A stretch of 64,000 bases of DNA from Negativicutes bacterium (GCA_963665275.2 CAXXIN010000015.1:57262-121261), one strand, 5' to 3'; positions 49,864 to 62,431 are shown, counted from the stretch's first letter. Numbers and translations are program-made. The notes: generated from the sequence alone by a model not told the origin.

Positions 49864-51516
49864 TTATTTCAGCACAGCGCCGGTGTTGGCCGACGTGACG
49901 AGTTTGGCATAGCGTGCCAGATAACCGGTCTTCACTTTTGGCTCCGGACATACCCAGGCGGCTTTGCGTTTGGCCATCTCGGCATCGTCCACTTTCACTT
50001 CGAGTTTGCGACCGGGAATATCGAGCAGGATCGCATCGCCGTCTTGGAGTAAGGCGATCGGCCCACCTTCCATAGCTTCCGGGGAAATATGGCCGACACA
50101 GGCTCCACGGGTCGCCCCGCTGAATCGCCCATCTGTCAGGAGCGCCACTTTCAGTCCCATACCGGTAATAACCGCCGTCGGATTGAGCATTTCTTTCATG
50201 CCGGGACCGCCCTTGGGTCCTTCATAACGAATGACCACCACGTCACCGTCTTTGATTCGTTTGCCAATAATCGCTTCGATAGCATCGTCTTCGGAATTGA
50301 AGACCCGCGCAGTCCCGTTGAAGATGAGCATGTCTTCCGCAACGGCGCTTTCTTTGACCACCGCTCCCTGGGGCGCCAAATTGCCGCCGAGCACAGCCAG
50401 CCCGCCGCTTTTCCGGTATGGATCTTCGACGGTCCGGATAACGTCAGGACGCTTGATGGATGCATTTTTCAGGCGGTCGGACATTACTCCGTCCACAGTT
50501 AGCGCTTCGTCATAGATCAACCCGAGTTTGCTCAATTCTTTCATGACTGCCGGGATGCCGCCCGCCTCGTTCAGGTCTTGCAAATGATGCGAGCCGCCGG
50601 GGCTCATCTTGGTCAGGTAGGGAGTCTTGGCGCTGATCGCGTCAAACATCGACATCGGCAGTTCCAATCCCGCCTCATAGGCAATGGCAGTCAGATGGAG
50701 TACTGTATTGGACGAACCGCCAATCCCCATATCGACGGCAATCGCATTTTCAAAGGCTTTCATGGTCATGATATCGCGTGGTTTCAGATCCTTGGCGATC
50801 AATTCCATTACGGCAACACCAGCTTCACGGGCCAAAGCGCGGCGTTCGCCGGTGAAAGCCGCCGGAATAGTGCCGTTCCCCATGAGCCCCATCCCGAGAG
50901 CCTCGGTCATACAGTTCATACTATTAGCGGTAAACAGTCCGGCGCAGGAGCCGCAGCCGGGACAGCCGGCCTTTTCCATATTTCCAAGCTCTTCGGCATC
51001 AATTTTTCCCGCTTCATAGAGCCCAGCTGCTTCAAACATCGTGCTTACGCTGACCTCACGACCGTTATAACGACCAGCCAGCATCGGCCCACCGCTGACA
51101 ACCACTGAAGGGATGTTGAGCCGTGCTGCTGCCATCAGCATAGCTGGTGTGATCTTGTCGCAGTTGGTGACCATCACCAATCCATCGAGTCCATGCCCGA
51201 TGGTCATCGCTTCTACTGAATCCGCAATCAGTTCACGACTCGGCAGGGGATATTTCATCCCGTCATGCCCCATGGCAATGCCGTCACAAATTCCGATGGC
51301 CGGGAATTCCACCGGTACGCCACCCGCCTGCCAGATACCAGTTTTAACAGCCTCGGCAATTTCACGCAGATGCATATGTCCCGGTATCAATTCATTGAAT
51401 GAATTGACGACTCCCACCAAAGGCTTTTCCAAATCTTTCTTTGAAAATCCCAAGGCGCTGAACAATGAGCGGTGCGCCGCTCGGGTGGAACCTTTTTTGA
51501 CGATATCGCTTCTCAA
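49864..51516 (-). CDS. ilvD: Dihydroxy-acid dehydratase (IlvD/EDD family)
   Basis: TTG 51516 after GGAGGGG; [53 protein letters not shown]. Confidence 0.88.
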   Translation of the reverse strand: MRSDIVKKGSTRAAHRSLFSALGFSKKDLEKPLVGVVNSFNELIPGHMHLREIAEAVKTGIWQAGGVPVEFPAIGICDGIAMGHDGMKYPLPSRELIADSVEAMTIGHGLDGLVMVTNCDKITPAMLMAAARLNIPSVVVSGGPMLAGRYNGREVSVSTMFEAAGLYEAGKIDAEELGNMEKAGCPGCGSCAGLFTANSMNCMTEALGMGLMGNGTIPAAFTGERRALAREAGVAVMELIAKDLKPRDIMTMKAFENAIAVDMGIGGSSNTVLHLTAIAYEAGLELPMSMFDAISAKTPYLTKMSPGGSHHLQDLNEAGGIPAVMKELSKLGLIYDEALTVDGVMSDRLKNASIKRPDVIRTVEDPYRKSGGLAVLGGNLAPQGAVVKESAVAEDMLIFNGTARVFNSEDDAIEAIIGKRIKDGDVVVIRYEGPKGGPGMKEMLNPTAVITGMGLKVALLTDGRFSGATRGACVGHISPEAMEGGPIALLQDGDAILLDIPGRKLEVKVDDAEMAKRKAAWVCPEPKVKTGYLARYAKLVTSANTGAVLK

Positions 51517-51562
51517 GAAAACCCCTCCCCCACTTTTCTTCCGATGCACAATTTGGCTTTTG

Positions 51563-51605
51563 TGTACAATGTACAAACAGCGTATTGTGTACAGAAATTC
51601 GCTCA
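51563..51605 (-). promoter_or_regulatory. Promoter/operator with TGTACA repeats upstream of the ilvD-like gene
   Basis: TGTACAATGTACAAACAGCGTATTGTGTACAGAAATTCGCTCA; matches 46842..46883. Confidence 0.6.
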
Positions 51606-51697
51606 ACTTTTCAAAATACCTTTATTTTCGTCCATAATTTACAACAAAATTATATATTCATTTAACAATCATATTTATACAGTACTCATTTGAGCGC

Positions 51698-51727
51698 AAA
51701 AAAAGTACCAGGCAAATGCCTGATACT
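51698..51727 (-). terminator. Terminator after the tRNA cluster
   Basis: AGTACCAGGC-AAAT-GCCTGATACT hairpin with a minus-strand T tract. Confidence 0.65.
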
Positions 51728-51736
51728 AAATTTCAC

Positions 51737-51811
51737 TGGAGCGGAAAACGAGATTCGAACTCGCGACCCTCGCCTTGGCAAGGCGATGCTCTACCGCTGA
51801 GCTACTTCCGC
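51737..51811 (-). tRNA. tRNA-Gly(GCC)
   Basis: GCGGAAGTAGCTCAGCGGTAGAGC...TTGCCAA...TCCA. Confidence 0.95.
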
Positions 51812-51818
51812 ATTTAAA

Positions 51819-51894
51819 TGGTGCCTCAGGGCAGAATTGAACTGCCGACACGTGGATTTTCAGTCCACTGCTCTACCGACTGAGCTACCGAGGC
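51819..51894 (-). tRNA. tRNA-Phe(GAA)
   Basis: GCCTCGGTAGCTCAG...CTGAAAA...CACCA. Confidence 0.95.
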
Positions 51895-51909
51895 AAGGAT
51901 TTGTTAAAA

Positions 51910-51985
51910 TGGCGACCCGGAAGGGACTTGAACCCTCGATCTCCGCCGTGACAGGGCGGCATGTTAACCACTACACCACCGGGCC
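51910..51985 (-). tRNA. tRNA-Asp(GTC)
   Basis: GGCCCGGTGGTGTAG...CTGTCAC...CGCCA. Confidence 0.95.
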
Positions 51986-51995
51986 GTATGAAAAT

Positions 51996-52069
<74 letters not shown>

Positions 52070-52076
52070 AGATAAC

Positions 52077-52151
52077 TGGAGCGGAAAACGAGATTCGAAC
52101 TCGCGACCCTCGCCTTGGCAAGGCGATGCTCTACCGCTGAGCTACTTCCGC
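52077..52151 (-). tRNA. tRNA-Gly(GCC)
   Basis: Identical to 51737..51811. Confidence 0.95.
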
Positions 52152-52158
52152 ATTTAAA

Positions 52159-52234
52159 TGGTGCCTCAGGGCAGAATTGAACTGCCGACACGTGGATTTT
52201 CAGTCCACTGCTCTACCGACTGAGCTACCGAGGC
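52159..52234 (-). tRNA. tRNA-Phe(GAA)
   Basis: Identical to 51819..51894. Confidence 0.95.
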
Positions 52235-52248
52235 ATGGATTTGTTAAA

Positions 52249-52324
52249 TGGCGACCCGGAAGGGACTTGAACCCTCGATCTCCGCCGTGACAGGGCGGCA
52301 TGTTAACCACTACACCACCGGGCC
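52249..52324 (-). tRNA. tRNA-Asp(GTC)
   Basis: Identical to 51910..51985. Confidence 0.95.
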
Positions 52325-52344
52325 GATTGTGGACTGCAAAATAT

Positions 52345-52373
52345 ATTCTAATTGATATCGGCTGTTATGTCAA
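52345..52373 (-). promoter_or_regulatory. Sigma-A promoter of the tRNA operon
   Basis: TTGACA-17-TAGAAT. Confidence 0.85.
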
Positions 52374-53077
52374 TCGTTACAAGCGAAAGTTCTGCTGCGA
52401 AGTTCTTCAACGGCCTGAATCCGTGTACGGAGTTCCAGGGTTGCCTCGTTTAATTCACTCTGCAATTTCCCCGCCAGCTCCGGCAGGGTTCTGACGTCAA
52501 ACCGTTGCGTGGCCTGAGGCGCGCCTAGTACAAGGTATTCGGCGAAAAAGTCATCCCGGAATACATTGTAGAAAAACCGCAGCGAACTATCCCGAGAAAA
52601 ATCGGTATAGTCCAGGACCAGATAGGAACCATTGGTGAACTGGATGCAATTCTGCGGCTCAAGAAACAGTTCAAAACCGTTGACCTGCGGCGAAAAAGTG
52701 AAGGTCTCCGCCCATTCGATGATTTTTTTGTTGCGGAACAGAGATTCCATCCTTGCCGGCACACAGTGCTCCATCGTTTCCATACGGGGTAAAAAAGCGA
52801 TGTCGAGGATCGATTCGAACGACTGCCGATCACCGTGAATGAACTGCACGTCACAAAATTCCATCAGGCCGACGGTAACCCGCAGCATGTATTCCAGTGT
52901 GCTTTTGTCATATACGATCGATACCCTGCGTCGCCGCGCTTCATTCCGATAAGAAAAGATGCGGTATAGCAGGCCGTCCCAATGGTCCTCCCTCTGCAGT
53001 TCAAATCCATGGCAGAAGGCGGGCAAGGTGTTCGGATATTCCCACCCCTGTGCCGGATTCGTTTCTTCCGTAGCCAT
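52370..53077 (-). CDS. Hypothetical protein at the end of the pyr/car operon
   Basis: Starts immediately after the carB stop; aromatic-rich; no recognised motif. Confidence 0.7.
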   Translation of the reverse strand: MATEETNPAQGWEYPNTLPAFCHGFELQREDHWDGLLYRIFSYRNEARRRRVSIVYDKSTLEYMLRVTVGLMEFCDVQFIHGDRQSFESILDIAFLPRMETMEHCVPARMESLFRNKKIIEWAETFTFSPQVNGFELFLEPQNCIQFTNGSYLVLDYTDFSRDSSLRFFYNVFRDDFFAEYLVLGAPQATQRFDVRTLPELAGKLQSELNEATLELRTRIQAVEELRSRTFACND

Positions 53078-53078
53078 A

Positions 53079-56000
53079 TCAGTTCGTCTCCCGCCAAGGG
53101 GCGGTGGCCCCGGCGTAATCCTGCAGGGCCATCGAGTAGATCAGTCGACGCTGCCGGGTGACAGTCAACACATTCAATACCGCCCGAGCCGTATCCAGGG
53201 AGGTCAGGCAAGGAATCGCATGTTCCACTGTGGAGCGACGAATCTTGAAGCCGTCAGCCTCCGGCATTCTGCCGTTCGTCAACGTACTGACGACCATCCG
53301 GATGACATTGCCGCGAATCATATCCAGAATGTGCGAAGAACCTTCGGACACTTTCCCCACCGGTTCCACTTTAATATCGGCTGCGGCAAACAGTTTGGCC
53401 GTCCCTTCCGTAGCCATGATCCGGTAGCCCAGTTCCGAATAGCCCCGTGCGATCGCCAGCGATTCCTGCTTGTCTTTATCCGCAATGGTGAACAAGATGA
53501 CCCCCTCGTCGGGAATCCTGATACCGGAGGCGATAATCGCCTTATACAGAGCCCGTTCAAAATGATAGTCGATGCCGATGACTTCACCGGTGGATTTCAT
53601 TTCCGGCCCCAGGGCGATATCTACTTTCGTTATTTTTGCGAAGGAAAACACCGGAGCTTTGACTGCGGTGAAGCCGACCGGTTCCATCAGGCCGGTGCCA
53701 TAACCGAGCGAAACGAGGGTCTGACCCATGGCGGCCCGAGTCGCCAGATTGATCATCGGGACTTTGGTGACTTTGCTCATGAATGGCACGGTCCGGCTGG
53801 AACGGGGATTGACTTCTATCACGTAGAGTTTGCCATCTGAAACAACGTATTGGACGTTGATGATCCCCTTGACCGATAGGGCACGGGCCATACGCACCGT
53901 ATAATCGACGATGGTGTTCTTGATCTCGTCCGATAGCGTGATGGGTGGGTAGACGGCGATGCTGTCGCCGGAATGGACGCCGGCCCGTTCGATATGTTCC
54001 ATGATGCCGGGAATCAGAACGTCTTTCCCATCACTGACGGCGTCGACTTCGACTTCTGTTCCCTGCATGTAACGGTCGACCAGGACGGGACGATCCGGCG
54101 AGGCCTGCACGGCGTGCGTCAGATAATGGCGCAGGTCGCCTTCATTATAGACGATTTCCATCGCCCGGCCACCGAGCACATAGGAAGGACGGACAACCAC
54201 CGGATAACCGATGCGGTTGGCTGCGGCGATTGCGGCCCCGGCGTCTGTGACACTGGCGCCTTTGGGTCGGGGAATATAAAGGTCTTCCAAAAACACGTCG
54301 AATTTCTCACGATCTTCGGCTGTGTCGATTGCTTCAAGTGACGTCCCCATAATTTTGACCCCGGCGCGTGTGAGCGGTCCCGCCAGATTGATGGCCGTTT
54401 GGCCGCCGAATTGAGCAATGACGCCTTCAGGCATTTCTTTATCAATAACATTCATCACGTCTTCCATCGTGAGAGGCTCAAAATAGAGGCGATCCGAAGT
54501 GTCAAAGTCGGTTGATACAGTTTCCGGGTTATTGTTGATGATGATGGACTCGATGCCCATTTCACGCAGCGCCCATACTGAATGGACCGAACAATAGTCG
54601 AATTCGATTCCCTGACCGATTCGAATGGGGCCCGAACCGAGCACCAGCACTTTGCGCCGGTCAGTAACCTGAACTTCGTCTTCCTGCGCATAGGTCGAAT
54701 AAAAATAGGGCGTGATTGCCTCGAACTCGGCGGCGCAGGTATCCACCATCTTGTAGCAGGGGATGATGTTCCAGCGTTTACGCCGGGCACGGATCTCCAG
54801 TTCAGGGGTGAGTGTCAGTTCCGCGATCGTCCGGTCGGCGAGACCGCAACGCTTGGCTGCACGCATGAGTAATGGCGTCATAGGCTCATTGACGACTCGT
54901 TGCTCCATGGCAACGATACGCTTGATTTTATCGACAAAGAACGGATCGATGGTAGTAATGCGGGAAATTTCCGCCGGATCAATCCCTCGGCGCAACGCTT
55001 CCGCCACCACGAACAACCGCTCATCATCGGTTCTGGACAACCGCTCAACGACCAATTCGTCCGTCAATGCTGCAATTGCCGGCAGCTGGAGACGATGCGC
55101 CTTGATTTCCAGAGAACGGACAGCTTTCAAGAGAGCAGACTCGAACGTGCGGTCAATCGCCATGACTTCGCCGGTAGCCTTCATCTGGGTTCCTAGTTCA
55201 CGGTCGGCGCTGGTGAATTTATCGAAGGGCCAGCGGGGATATTTGATTACGACATAGTCAAGGGCCGGCTCAAAGCAGGCTTTGGTTTTGCCTGTTACCG
55301 CGTTCTGAATTTCATCCAGCCGGTAACCGATGGCTATCTTGGTCGCGACCTTGGCGATCGGGTAGCCGGTGGCTTTGGACGCGAGCGCGCTGGAACGGCT
55401 GACGCGGGGATTGACCTCGATCACGATGTAATCGGTGCTTTTGGTATCGAGAGCGAACTGGACGTTGCAACCGCCTTCGACTCCCAGCTTGCGAATGATA
55501 TTCAGTGAGGCGGAGCGCAGCATCTGGTATTCGTGATCGGTCAGCGTCTGTGAAGGCGCGACGACGATGCTGTCGCCGGTATGAACGCCGACCGGGTCGA
55601 TGTTTTCCATATTGCAGACGACGATGCAGTTGTTCGCCGCATCCCTGATGACTTCGTATTCGACTTCCTTCCAGCCGGCGACGCTGCGCTCGACCAGCAC
55701 CTGCGCGATCATGCTGTGGGTCAGACCCCGATTCACCACGTCGTCCAGTTCTTCTTCACTGTTGACGATACCGCCGCCAGTGCCGCCGAGGGTATAGGCC
55801 GGTCGGATGATCAGCGGATAGCCGACCTTGCGGGCAAATTCCCGGGCGGCTTCCACGCTTTCGACGATGTCGCTCACCGGAATCGGTTGGTTGATCTCCT
55901 GCATGGTCTGTTTGAAAAGTTCACGGTCTTCGGCTTTCTTGATCGCTTCCAGCGGCGTCCCGAGCAGTTCAACGTTGTAGCGTTCCAACGTGCCGCGCTC

Positions 56001-56309
56001 CGCCAACTTGACCGCGAGGTTCAGGCCGACTTGACCGCCGAGTGTCGCGAGCAGGCCATCGGGCCGCTCTTTGGCAATGATTTCTTCTAGATATTCCGGC
56101 AGCAGAGGTTCCACATAGACGCGGTCCGCCACATTCATATCAGTCATGATGGTCGCCGGATTGGAATTAACTAATACGACTTCCAGTCCTTCTTCTTTTA
56201 ACGCACGGCAAGCCTGCGTTCCCGCATAGTCGAATTCGGCCGCTTGCCCGATGACGATCGGACCGGACCCGATAACCATGATTTTTCGGAGATCTCCGCG
56301 TTTCGGCAT
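53079..56309 (-). CDS. carB: Carbamoyl-phosphate synthase large subunit
   Basis: [17 protein letters not shown], duplicated ATP-grasp, [13 protein letters not shown]-like tail. Confidence 0.98.
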   Translation of the reverse strand: MPKRGDLRKIMVIGSGPIVIGQAAEFDYAGTQACRALKEEGLEVVLVNSNPATIMTDMNVADRVYVEPLLPEYLEEIIAKERPDGLLATLGGQVGLNLAVKLAERGTLERYNVELLGTPLEAIKKAEDRELFKQTMQEINQPIPVSDIVESVEAAREFARKVGYPLIIRPAYTLGGTGGGIVNSEEELDDVVNRGLTHSMIAQVLVERSVAGWKEVEYEVIRDAANNCIVVCNMENIDPVGVHTGDSIVVAPSQTLTDHEYQMLRSASLNIIRKLGVEGGCNVQFALDTKSTDYIVIEVNPRVSRSSALASKATGYPIAKVATKIAIGYRLDEIQNAVTGKTKACFEPALDYVVIKYPRWPFDKFTSADRELGTQMKATGEVMAIDRTFESALLKAVRSLEIKAHRLQLPAIAALTDELVVERLSRTDDERLFVVAEALRRGIDPAEISRITTIDPFFVDKIKRIVAMEQRVVNEPMTPLLMRAAKRCGLADRTIAELTLTPELEIRARRKRWNIIPCYKMVDTCAAEFEAITPYFYSTYAQEDEVQVTDRRKVLVLGSGPIRIGQGIEFDYCSVHSVWALREMGIESIIINNNPETVSTDFDTSDRLYFEPLTMEDVMNVIDKEMPEGVIAQFGGQTAINLAGPLTRAGVKIMGTSLEAIDTAEDREKFDVFLEDLYIPRPKGASVTDAGAAIAAANRIGYPVVVRPSYVLGGRAMEIVYNEGDLRHYLTHAVQASPDRPVLVDRYMQGTEVEVDAVSDGKDVLIPGIMEHIERAGVHSGDSIAVYPPITLSDEIKNTIVDYTVRMARALSVKGIINVQYVVSDGKLYVIEVNPRSSRTVPFMSKVTKVPMINLATRAAMGQTLVSLGYGTGLMEPVGFTAVKAPVFSFAKITKVDIALGPEMKSTGEVIGIDYHFERALYKAIIASGIRIPDEGVILFTIADKDKQESLAIARGYSELGYRIMATEGTAKLFAAADIKVEPVGKVSEGSSHILDMIRGNVIRMVVSTLTNGRMPEADGFKIRRSTVEHAIPCLTSLDTARAVLNVLTVTRQRRLIYSMALQDYAGATAPWRETN

Positions 56310-56310
56310 G

Positions 56311-57390
56311 TCAGCAGCCTCCTTTCATCAGCGCAGTGAACTGTTCGAACAGATATACGTTGTCATCCGGCCCCGGCGCCGCTTCCGGATGGTATTGCAC
56401 CGAAAAAATCGGCAGTTTGTTGTGCCGCATCCCCTCGATCGTACCATCATTCACGGCCCGGTGCGTGACAGTGACATCCATAGCGGCAACCGTCGCCTCA
56501 TCGATGACATAGCCGTGATTCTGCGAAGTGATATAAACCCGGTCATGACTAAAATCTTTGACCGGATGGTTGACTCCACGGTGACCGAACTTCAGCTTAT
56601 AGGTATCGCCGCCCAGTGCCAGCGCCAACAGCTGATGTCCGAGACAGATGCCGAACATGGGCTTTTTGCCCAGCAGCTGCCGGATCGTTTCGATTGCATA
56701 GGTTACCACTTTGGGATCACCGGGTCCGTTGGACAGGAAAATCCCATCAGGGTTCAGAGCCAGGATAGTCTGGGCATCAGTTGATGCCGGCACCACCGTC
56801 AGGTCGCAGCCATAAAGGGACAGTGACCGCAGAATATTGCGTTTGATGCCAAAATCCATTACGACGACATGCGGTCCACCTGCCAAAGGGATCCGATAAA
56901 TTTCGGCAGTTGTTACTTCCGCCACCAAATCTGTCGCACCCTGCATGGCAATTTCCTTCACCACTTGGGCTGTATCCCGTTCCGCCCTCACGATCCTGCC
57001 TTCCATCGCTCCATGCGAGCGGATCGCCCGCGTGATTGCCCGAGTATCTACGTCACAGAGGCAGGGAATCTGTTTCTGTTCCAGATAGCAGATGATACTT
57101 CCTTCTTCACACCAGTTGCTGGGGTTCGCGCACAATTCCGAGGTAATGAATCCGCGGACAAATGACTTCTGAGCCTGATCAAACTTAGGATTGGTTCCAT
57201 AATTCCCGATCAGGGGATAAGTCATCGTCACGATCTGACCGGCGTAGGAAGGGTCTGTCAAAACCTCCTGATAGCCAGTCATCCCGGTATTGAACACCAC
57301 TTCGCCGCTGCCTTCCAGACCGTTCAGCAGCAGTCCGTCAAACGTCGTTCCATCCGCCAACACTAACTTGCCGGCTACAAACTCGCTCAT
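56311..57390 (-). CDS. carA: Carbamoyl-phosphate synthase small subunit
   Basis: [33 protein letters not shown]. Confidence 0.98.
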   Translation of the reverse strand: MSEFVAGKLVLADGTTFDGLLLNGLEGSGEVVFNTGMTGYQEVLTDPSYAGQIVTMTYPLIGNYGTNPKFDQAQKSFVRGFITSELCANPSNWCEEGSIICYLEQKQIPCLCDVDTRAITRAIRSHGAMEGRIVRAERDTAQVVKEIAMQGATDLVAEVTTAEIYRIPLAGGPHVVVMDFGIKRNILRSLSLYGCDLTVVPASTDAQTILALNPDGIFLSNGPGDPKVVTYAIETIRQLLGKKPMFGICLGHQLLALALGGDTYKLKFGHRGVNHPVKDFSHDRVYITSQNHGYVIDEATVAAMDVTVTHRAVNDGTIEGMRHNKLPIFSVQYHPEAAPGPDDNVYLFEQFTALMKGGC

Positions 57391-58676
57391 GCTCTCACCT
57401 GCCCTTCCCGCATCACGATTTTACCGTCCACCACTGTCATCACGGCCTGTCCTTTCAGACGCCGTCCTGCAAAAGGGCTGGCCTTGCCGCGGGTATAAAA
57501 TCTGTCGCAGTCCACCGTCCACTCCTTGTCCGGGTCGATGACCGTGATATCGGCTGCCGCACCTTCTTTCAGCGTTCCCCCGGCCACCTTCAGCACTCCG
57601 GCAGGCCGGCTGGACATGCGGTCGATGATTTCCGGCAAGGTAAACTCGCCTGTATGGTAAAGTTCCGTCAATATTACCCCCAGAGAGGTTTCCAATCCGG
57701 TGAAACCACTCGGCGCATAACGGAATTCCACATCTTTTTCCTCGTACGCATGGGGTGCATGGTCGCTGGCGATGACATCAATCGTTCCATCTTTCAGGCC
57801 CTGTCGAAGAGCAGTCATATGGTCAGCCGAACGCAAAGGAGGATTGACTTTCGTCGCCGTATTGAAGCTGGACACTTCTGTATCCGTCAACGTCAGATGA
57901 TGTGGGGTGGCTTCCGCTGTAACCTTCACACCGCGCAGCTTCGCCGCCCGGATGATGTCCACGGACCCCTTGGTGCTAACGTGTGCGATATGTATGGGAG
58001 CTCCAGTGTATTCCGCCAGCATGATGTCGCGGGAAATCGCGATGTCCTCTGCAACCGAAGGCCGTCCCGGTATTCCCAGTACTGCCGACACTGCACCTTC
58101 GTGCATATAGCCGCCGTCCACCAGCGACTCGTCTTCCGCATGAGTGATCACCAGGCAGTCGAACATCGCAGCATACTCCAGTCCAGCTTTGAACAGACTG
58201 GCCCGGGTCACGTGATGTCCGTCATCCGAGATCGCCACTGCGCCAGCCAGTTTCATATCGCCGATCTCAGCGAGTTCTTTGCCTTCCAGGCCCTTGGACA
58301 GGGCGCCGATGACTCCGACATGCACAACACCATCCCTGCGGGCCCTTTCACGGAGACCTTCAACCAGGATGGAACTGTCAACTACAGGCCGAGTATTGGC
58401 CATGCAGGCCACCATTGTGAATCCTCCGGCCGCAGCAGCCTGCGTCCCGGAAACAATATCTTCCTTCGCTTCCAGTCCGGGATCGCGCAAGTGAACATGC
58501 ATATCGATCAATCCCGGCGCAACGACCTTCCCTGCGCAATCGACAATTTCAGCATCAACAGCTGGCAGGTTTTTCCCAATTGCGGCGATTCGTCCTTCTT
58601 CTACCAAAACATCGGCCACTGCATCGAAGCCCGAAGCCGGATCGATCACCCGTCCGTTTTTAAGCAGTAACTTCAA
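57387..58676 (-). CDS. pyrC: Dihydroorotase (type I)
   Basis: [39 protein letters not shown]. Confidence 0.97.
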   Translation of the reverse strand: MKLLLKNGRVIDPASGFDAVADVLVEEGRIAAIGKNLPAVDAEIVDCAGKVVAPGLIDMHVHLRDPGLEAKEDIVSGTQAAAAGGFTMVACMANTRPVVDSSILVEGLRERARRDGVVHVGVIGALSKGLEGKELAEIGDMKLAGAVAISDDGHHVTRASLFKAGLEYAAMFDCLVITHAEDESLVDGGYMHEGAVSAVLGIPGRPSVAEDIAISRDIMLAEYTGAPIHIAHVSTKGSVDIIRAAKLRGVKVTAEATPHHLTLTDTEVSSFNTATKVNPPLRSADHMTALRQGLKDGTIDVIASDHAPHAYEEKDVEFRYAPSGFTGLETSLGVILTELYHTGEFTLPEIIDRMSSRPAGVLKVAGGTLKEGAAADITVIDPDKEWTVDCDRFYTRGKASPFAGRRLKGQAVMTVVDGKIVMREGQVRA

Positions 58677-59616
58677 CTTCTTCGCCTCCCATCAGCACCA
58701 GATAGAGAATGGCCATCCGGATCGCCAGGCCGTTTTTGACCTGCTCCTGAATGGCGGATTGAGCTCCGTAGGCAACCTCCGGCGAAATTTCCAATCCCCG
58801 GTTCATCGGCCCGGGATGCAGCACCAGCGCATCCGGTTTCGCAAGTTGCAAGCGTTTTGCATTAATGCCAAACAGTCGGGCATATTCCCTTCCCGAAGGA
58901 AACAGGCCTTTGCCCTGTCGCTCTTTCTGAATCCGCAGGACGTTAATGACGTCTGCGCCCTCGATGGCTTCCTCCACCGACGTGTGCACGGTGACTCCCA
59001 TGATTTCCATTTCACGCGACAATAGCGGCGCCGGACCGGCCACATGCACATCCGCCCCCAGCGTCTTCATGCCCCAGATATCGGAACGCGCCACCCGACT
59101 GTGCAGAACATCCCCGACGATCACGACTTTCAATCCTTCGAACCTCTGTTTGTACTGCAGAACTGTAAACATGTCCAGCAACCCTTGCGTGGGATGCTCA
59201 TGAGCGCCATCTCCGGCGTTGATGACGACCGGCTTCAGAATCTGCGAGGCGAATTGCGCCGAGCCTTCGGCTTCATGCCTGATGACCACTGCGTCCACAC
59301 CCATGGCCTCAATCGTGAGCAGCGTATCACGCATGCTCTCGCCCTTCACAACGCTCGATGCCGAGGTCGTGATATTGACCACGTCCGCACCCAGATATTT
59401 GCCGGCTAGCTCAAAGGACGTCCGGGTCCGGGTACTCGGTTCATAAAAGAGGTTGATGATGGACTTGCCGCGCAACGTCGGAACTTTTTTGATATCACGA
59501 TCAATGATCGTTTTCATTTCCTTGGCCGTATCCAGAATCAGCCGCAATTGACTTTCCGACATGCCCTGGAGTTGGAGAATGTCTTTGTTTCTCAGTGATA
59601 CATTGCTTTTGCCCAT
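58660..59616 (-). CDS. pyrB: Aspartate carbamoyltransferase catalytic subunit
   Basis: [39 protein letters not shown]; ATG 59616 after AAGGAGG. Confidence 0.98.
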   Translation of the reverse strand: MGKSNVSLRNKDILQLQGMSESQLRLILDTAKEMKTIIDRDIKKVPTLRGKSIINLFYEPSTRTRTSFELAGKYLGADVVNITTSASSVVKGESMRDTLLTIEAMGVDAVVIRHEAEGSAQFASQILKPVVINAGDGAHEHPTQGLLDMFTVLQYKQRFEGLKVVIVGDVLHSRVARSDIWGMKTLGADVHVAGPAPLLSREMEIMGVTVHTSVEEAIEGADVINVLRIQKERQGKGLFPSGREYARLFGINAKRLQLAKPDALVLHPGPMNRGLEISPEVAYGAQSAIQEQVKNGLAIRMAILYLVLMGGEEVEVTA

Positions 59617-59662
59617 ACCCGCGCCTCCTTCATATCCATACACCATAAATTCTCACATTGTC

Positions 59663-59760
59663 AAAAAGAAACAGCCTTCCACTGTGTGAAGCACAGAAGA
59701 AGGCTGCTGAATACAGCAAATTGTCATCCCCTTACCGGCCTCACGGGACCAGTTTAAAGG
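59663..59760 (-). promoter_or_regulatory. PyrR-binding attenuator with terminator
   Basis: Minus strand CCTTTAAACTGGTCCCGTGAGGCCGGTAAGG (PyrR loop), then CAGCCTTC...GAAGGCTGTTTCTTTTT terminator. Confidence 0.88.
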
Positions 59761-59777
59761 TCATATCATTTACATAT

Positions 59778-59806
59778 ACTCTATCAATCCGTTTATGGAA
59801 TGTCAA
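59778..59806 (-). promoter_or_regulatory. Sigma-A promoter of the pyr operon
   Basis: TTGACA-17-TAGAGT. Confidence 0.75.
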
Positions 59807-59830
59807 GCAATTTTGCCTGTTCTTACCGAG

Positions 59831-61138
59831 TTATCCCTGCGTCAGCAGGTCTGCCGCCGCGCCGCTTATCAGCGCAATAGCGGGCATCAGAGCCTCTTCG
59901 TTGAAATCAAAAAAACTGTCATGGTGTCCGGCGGCAAGTTCGGTTCCGAGCATGATATAGGTTGCCTGACCACCGTTTTTCTGCACACGTTCCATGAAGT
60001 AGCTGCAGTCTTCACTGCCACCGATATTCCCTGCCGCCACGATATCAGGCAGCAATTTTTGCCGCTCCGCAACCTTGCGGATCCGTTCCACCAGTTCCCC
60101 GTCACTCTCACACCCAGCAGCGCCGCCCATCAGCTTCATCGACACTGAGCAGCCCTGCATGGCGGCTGCGGCTTCAATAATCCGCACGGCTTCCGCATAC
60201 ACATACTCATTGATGTCGCTGTTGGCGCCCCGTGTTTCCAGTTTGAGCACAGCGTTGGCGGGAATAACGTTGCGTCCGCTTCCTCCCTGGATGACGCCGA
60301 CATTGATCCGCGATGCTCCCTGACTGTGGCGCGAGATGGCATGCAGGTTGAGAGTTGCCGTACAGGCTGCCAGTATTGCATTTCGCCCGGTCTCAGGCGC
60401 TCCCCCTGCATGGGCAGGCAATCCGCCAAAGGTTGCATCGACCTTGGTCGTGGCCAGGAATCCTTCCGTCTTGCAGGCGACCTGACCCGTCTTGCGCAGA
60501 TTGACGCCCAGATGCATACCAATGAGATATTTCACATCGTCAACGACCCCTTTTTCCATCATGGCTTTAGCGCCGCGAACGCCTTCTTCCGCCGGCTGGA
60601 AGATCATCTTAATCGTCCCGGCCAGTTCCCCCTTCATCCCGGCCAGCACTTCGGCAACAGCCAAACCGACTGACGTATGTCCGTCATGGCCGCAGGCATG
60701 CATCGCATTTTTATTGACGCTGGCAAAGCCTTCTTTGAACGGGCGGTGCTTTTCTTCCAACGATTCCGAGAGATCATTGGCATCCATGTCAAATCTAAGG
60801 GCAACCACTGGACCCGGTTTGGCAAATTTCATTACGCCGACGACGCCGGTTTTACCACCTGCCATCTGATCGACCCAGGCTTTGTCTGCGCCTTGCTCAA
60901 CCGCGCGCTGCATGTGTTTTTCCAGCTCAGCCTTTGGCGGAACCCCCATCATGGCTGATTCATCATGTACTGCGGCGCCGGTGCTAACCTGATAGCCAAG
61001 TTCAGTCAAGGTTTTTGCGACGAAAGCGGCGGTTCGGAACTCCGTCCACGCCACCTCCGCATGCTGGTGCAGATCTCTGCGGCGGGCAATGGTTTTCGCT
61101 TTCAGCGCTTCCGCCGCTTTAATGATTTGATTGTCCAT
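59831..61138 (-). CDS. M20 amidohydrolase (AbgA-like)
   Basis: RRDLH..AE..WTEFRT, RFDMDA, MHACGHDGH, FQPAEEG, GSED, HHD..FDF. Confidence 0.9.
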   Translation of the reverse strand: MDNQIIKAAEALKAKTIARRRDLHQHAEVAWTEFRTAAFVAKTLTELGYQVSTGAAVHDESAMMGVPPKAELEKHMQRAVEQGADKAWVDQMAGGKTGVVGVMKFAKPGPVVALRFDMDANDLSESLEEKHRPFKEGFASVNKNAMHACGHDGHTSVGLAVAEVLAGMKGELAGTIKMIFQPAEEGVRGAKAMMEKGVVDDVKYLIGMHLGVNLRKTGQVACKTEGFLATTKVDATFGGLPAHAGGAPETGRNAILAACTATLNLHAISRHSQGASRINVGVIQGGSGRNVIPANAVLKLETRGANSDINEYVYAEAVRIIEAAAAMQGCSVSMKLMGGAAGCESDGELVERIRKVAERQKLLPDIVAAGNIGGSEDCSYFMERVQKNGGQATYIMLGTELAAGHHDSFFDFNEEALMPAIALISGAAADLLTQG

Positions 61139-61174
61139 ACTTTCAATCTCCTTTAAAAACAGAATATGTTTATA

Positions 61175-62431
61175 TTATAACAATATAAACATAGATATGA
61201 CTGCCGCTGCAATCATCGGAATTGCATTTCTTTTTGCCATCTCGATCGGATTTACCTGGGCCAGTCCTGCGCACACGATCGCCACCCCGGCCACAGGCGA
61301 CATCGACCGTCCGAGCGCACCGGCGATGAAGGCCTGTGAACCCATCGGCAGAATCCCGAAGCCGAACTGAGCTGCATGCGGAGTAATAGCGCCGTTAAAC
61401 GCCAAAGTCGCCGCATCGCCTGAACCGCCGAGAACTGCGATAATAAAAGGTCCGAATGTTGCAGCCAACCGAGCGACGGCTTCTGAACTCTTCATGGCCG
61501 TAATCAGTGCGCCGGTCAGTCCGATGAGTTCCATTCCTTTGGTGAAGACGGCCGCTGCAATAATGATACCGATGACATTGCCGTAGGCACTGCCCATGCC
61601 ATCAAAGAATTGTTTGGACACTTCGTCCACCTTCGTCAATGTAACAGCAAAACCGAGAGCCGTACCGATAAGCATGGCGGCAGGCACTGATATTTCGGGG
61701 ATCAGGTGAATTTGTTTGCTGCCCAAAACCAACAACAGCAAGGGGATAACAGGTACCGAAGCCTTCAAAAAACTGACCTTGAAGTCGTCATTTGCCTTCA
61801 CTGCATTTCCTGTTCCCGCTGCACCCGAGCCGTCTTCTTTCAGCACCCGGGCAATGATGGTCAATAAGATCGCCACAACAAACATATCAACGATTGACGC
61901 CATTGTATGACCGGCGATTACAGTCATCACATCGGTATTGCCCAATTTGGCGATGAAGGGAACATGAGCGGCGCCAGGATTAAACACGCTACCCCAGGTA
62001 CCGGCCAAAACGGCGCACGCCGCCATGACCGGACTCACACCGGCGCCGATCAGCGTCGGGATCATGATGGCGCCGACCGCTGCGCCGCAGCCAGCCGCGC
62101 TGGGCAGTGCAATGTTGATGAGGAATGTGACGATCACCGTACCGGGAATTAGAATCACCCGAAATTTGCCGAGCGCGCCTGCCAATAGATGTACCAGATG
62201 AGCATCGCATTTTGTCAGTTTCATGACGAATGCAAAACCCATTACTGTACATATTACAGGAACCAGTCCGGAATTGACCATCGCGGCGCTAAACGCGTTG
62301 ATGGCTTCCACTGGCTTGCCTGCCAGAGCAGACATCGCTACACCCGAGAGAAATAGTACCAGTCTCGTTTCAAACTTCTTGATAATCGCGGCAAACGTTA
62401 GCAATACGATAATTGCACCGACCCAGACCAA
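61175..62431 (-). CDS. dcuC: DcuC/DcuD-family C4-dicarboxylate transporter
   Basis: MGFAFVM..T.CD.HLV, LPSAAG, GSGDA...AFN, GRSMSPVAG. Confidence 0.82.
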   Translation of the reverse strand: MVWVGAIIVLLTFAAIIKKFETRLVLFLSGVAMSALAGKPVEAINAFSAAMVNSGLVPVICTVMGFAFVMKLTKCDAHLVHLLAGALGKFRVILIPGTVIVTFLINIALPSAAGCGAAVGAIMIPTLIGAGVSPVMAACAVLAGTWGSVFNPGAAHVPFIAKLGNTDVMTVIAGHTMASIVDMFVVAILLTIIARVLKEDGSGAAGTGNAVKANDDFKVSFLKASVPVIPLLLLVLGSKQIHLIPEISVPAAMLIGTALGFAVTLTKVDEVSKQFFDGMGSAYGNVIGIIIAAAVFTKGMELIGLTGALITAMKSSEAVARLAATFGPFIIAVLGGSGDAATLAFNGAITPHAAQFGFGILPMGSQAFIAGALGRSMSPVAGVAIVCAGLAQVNPIEMAKRNAIPMIAAAVISMFILL

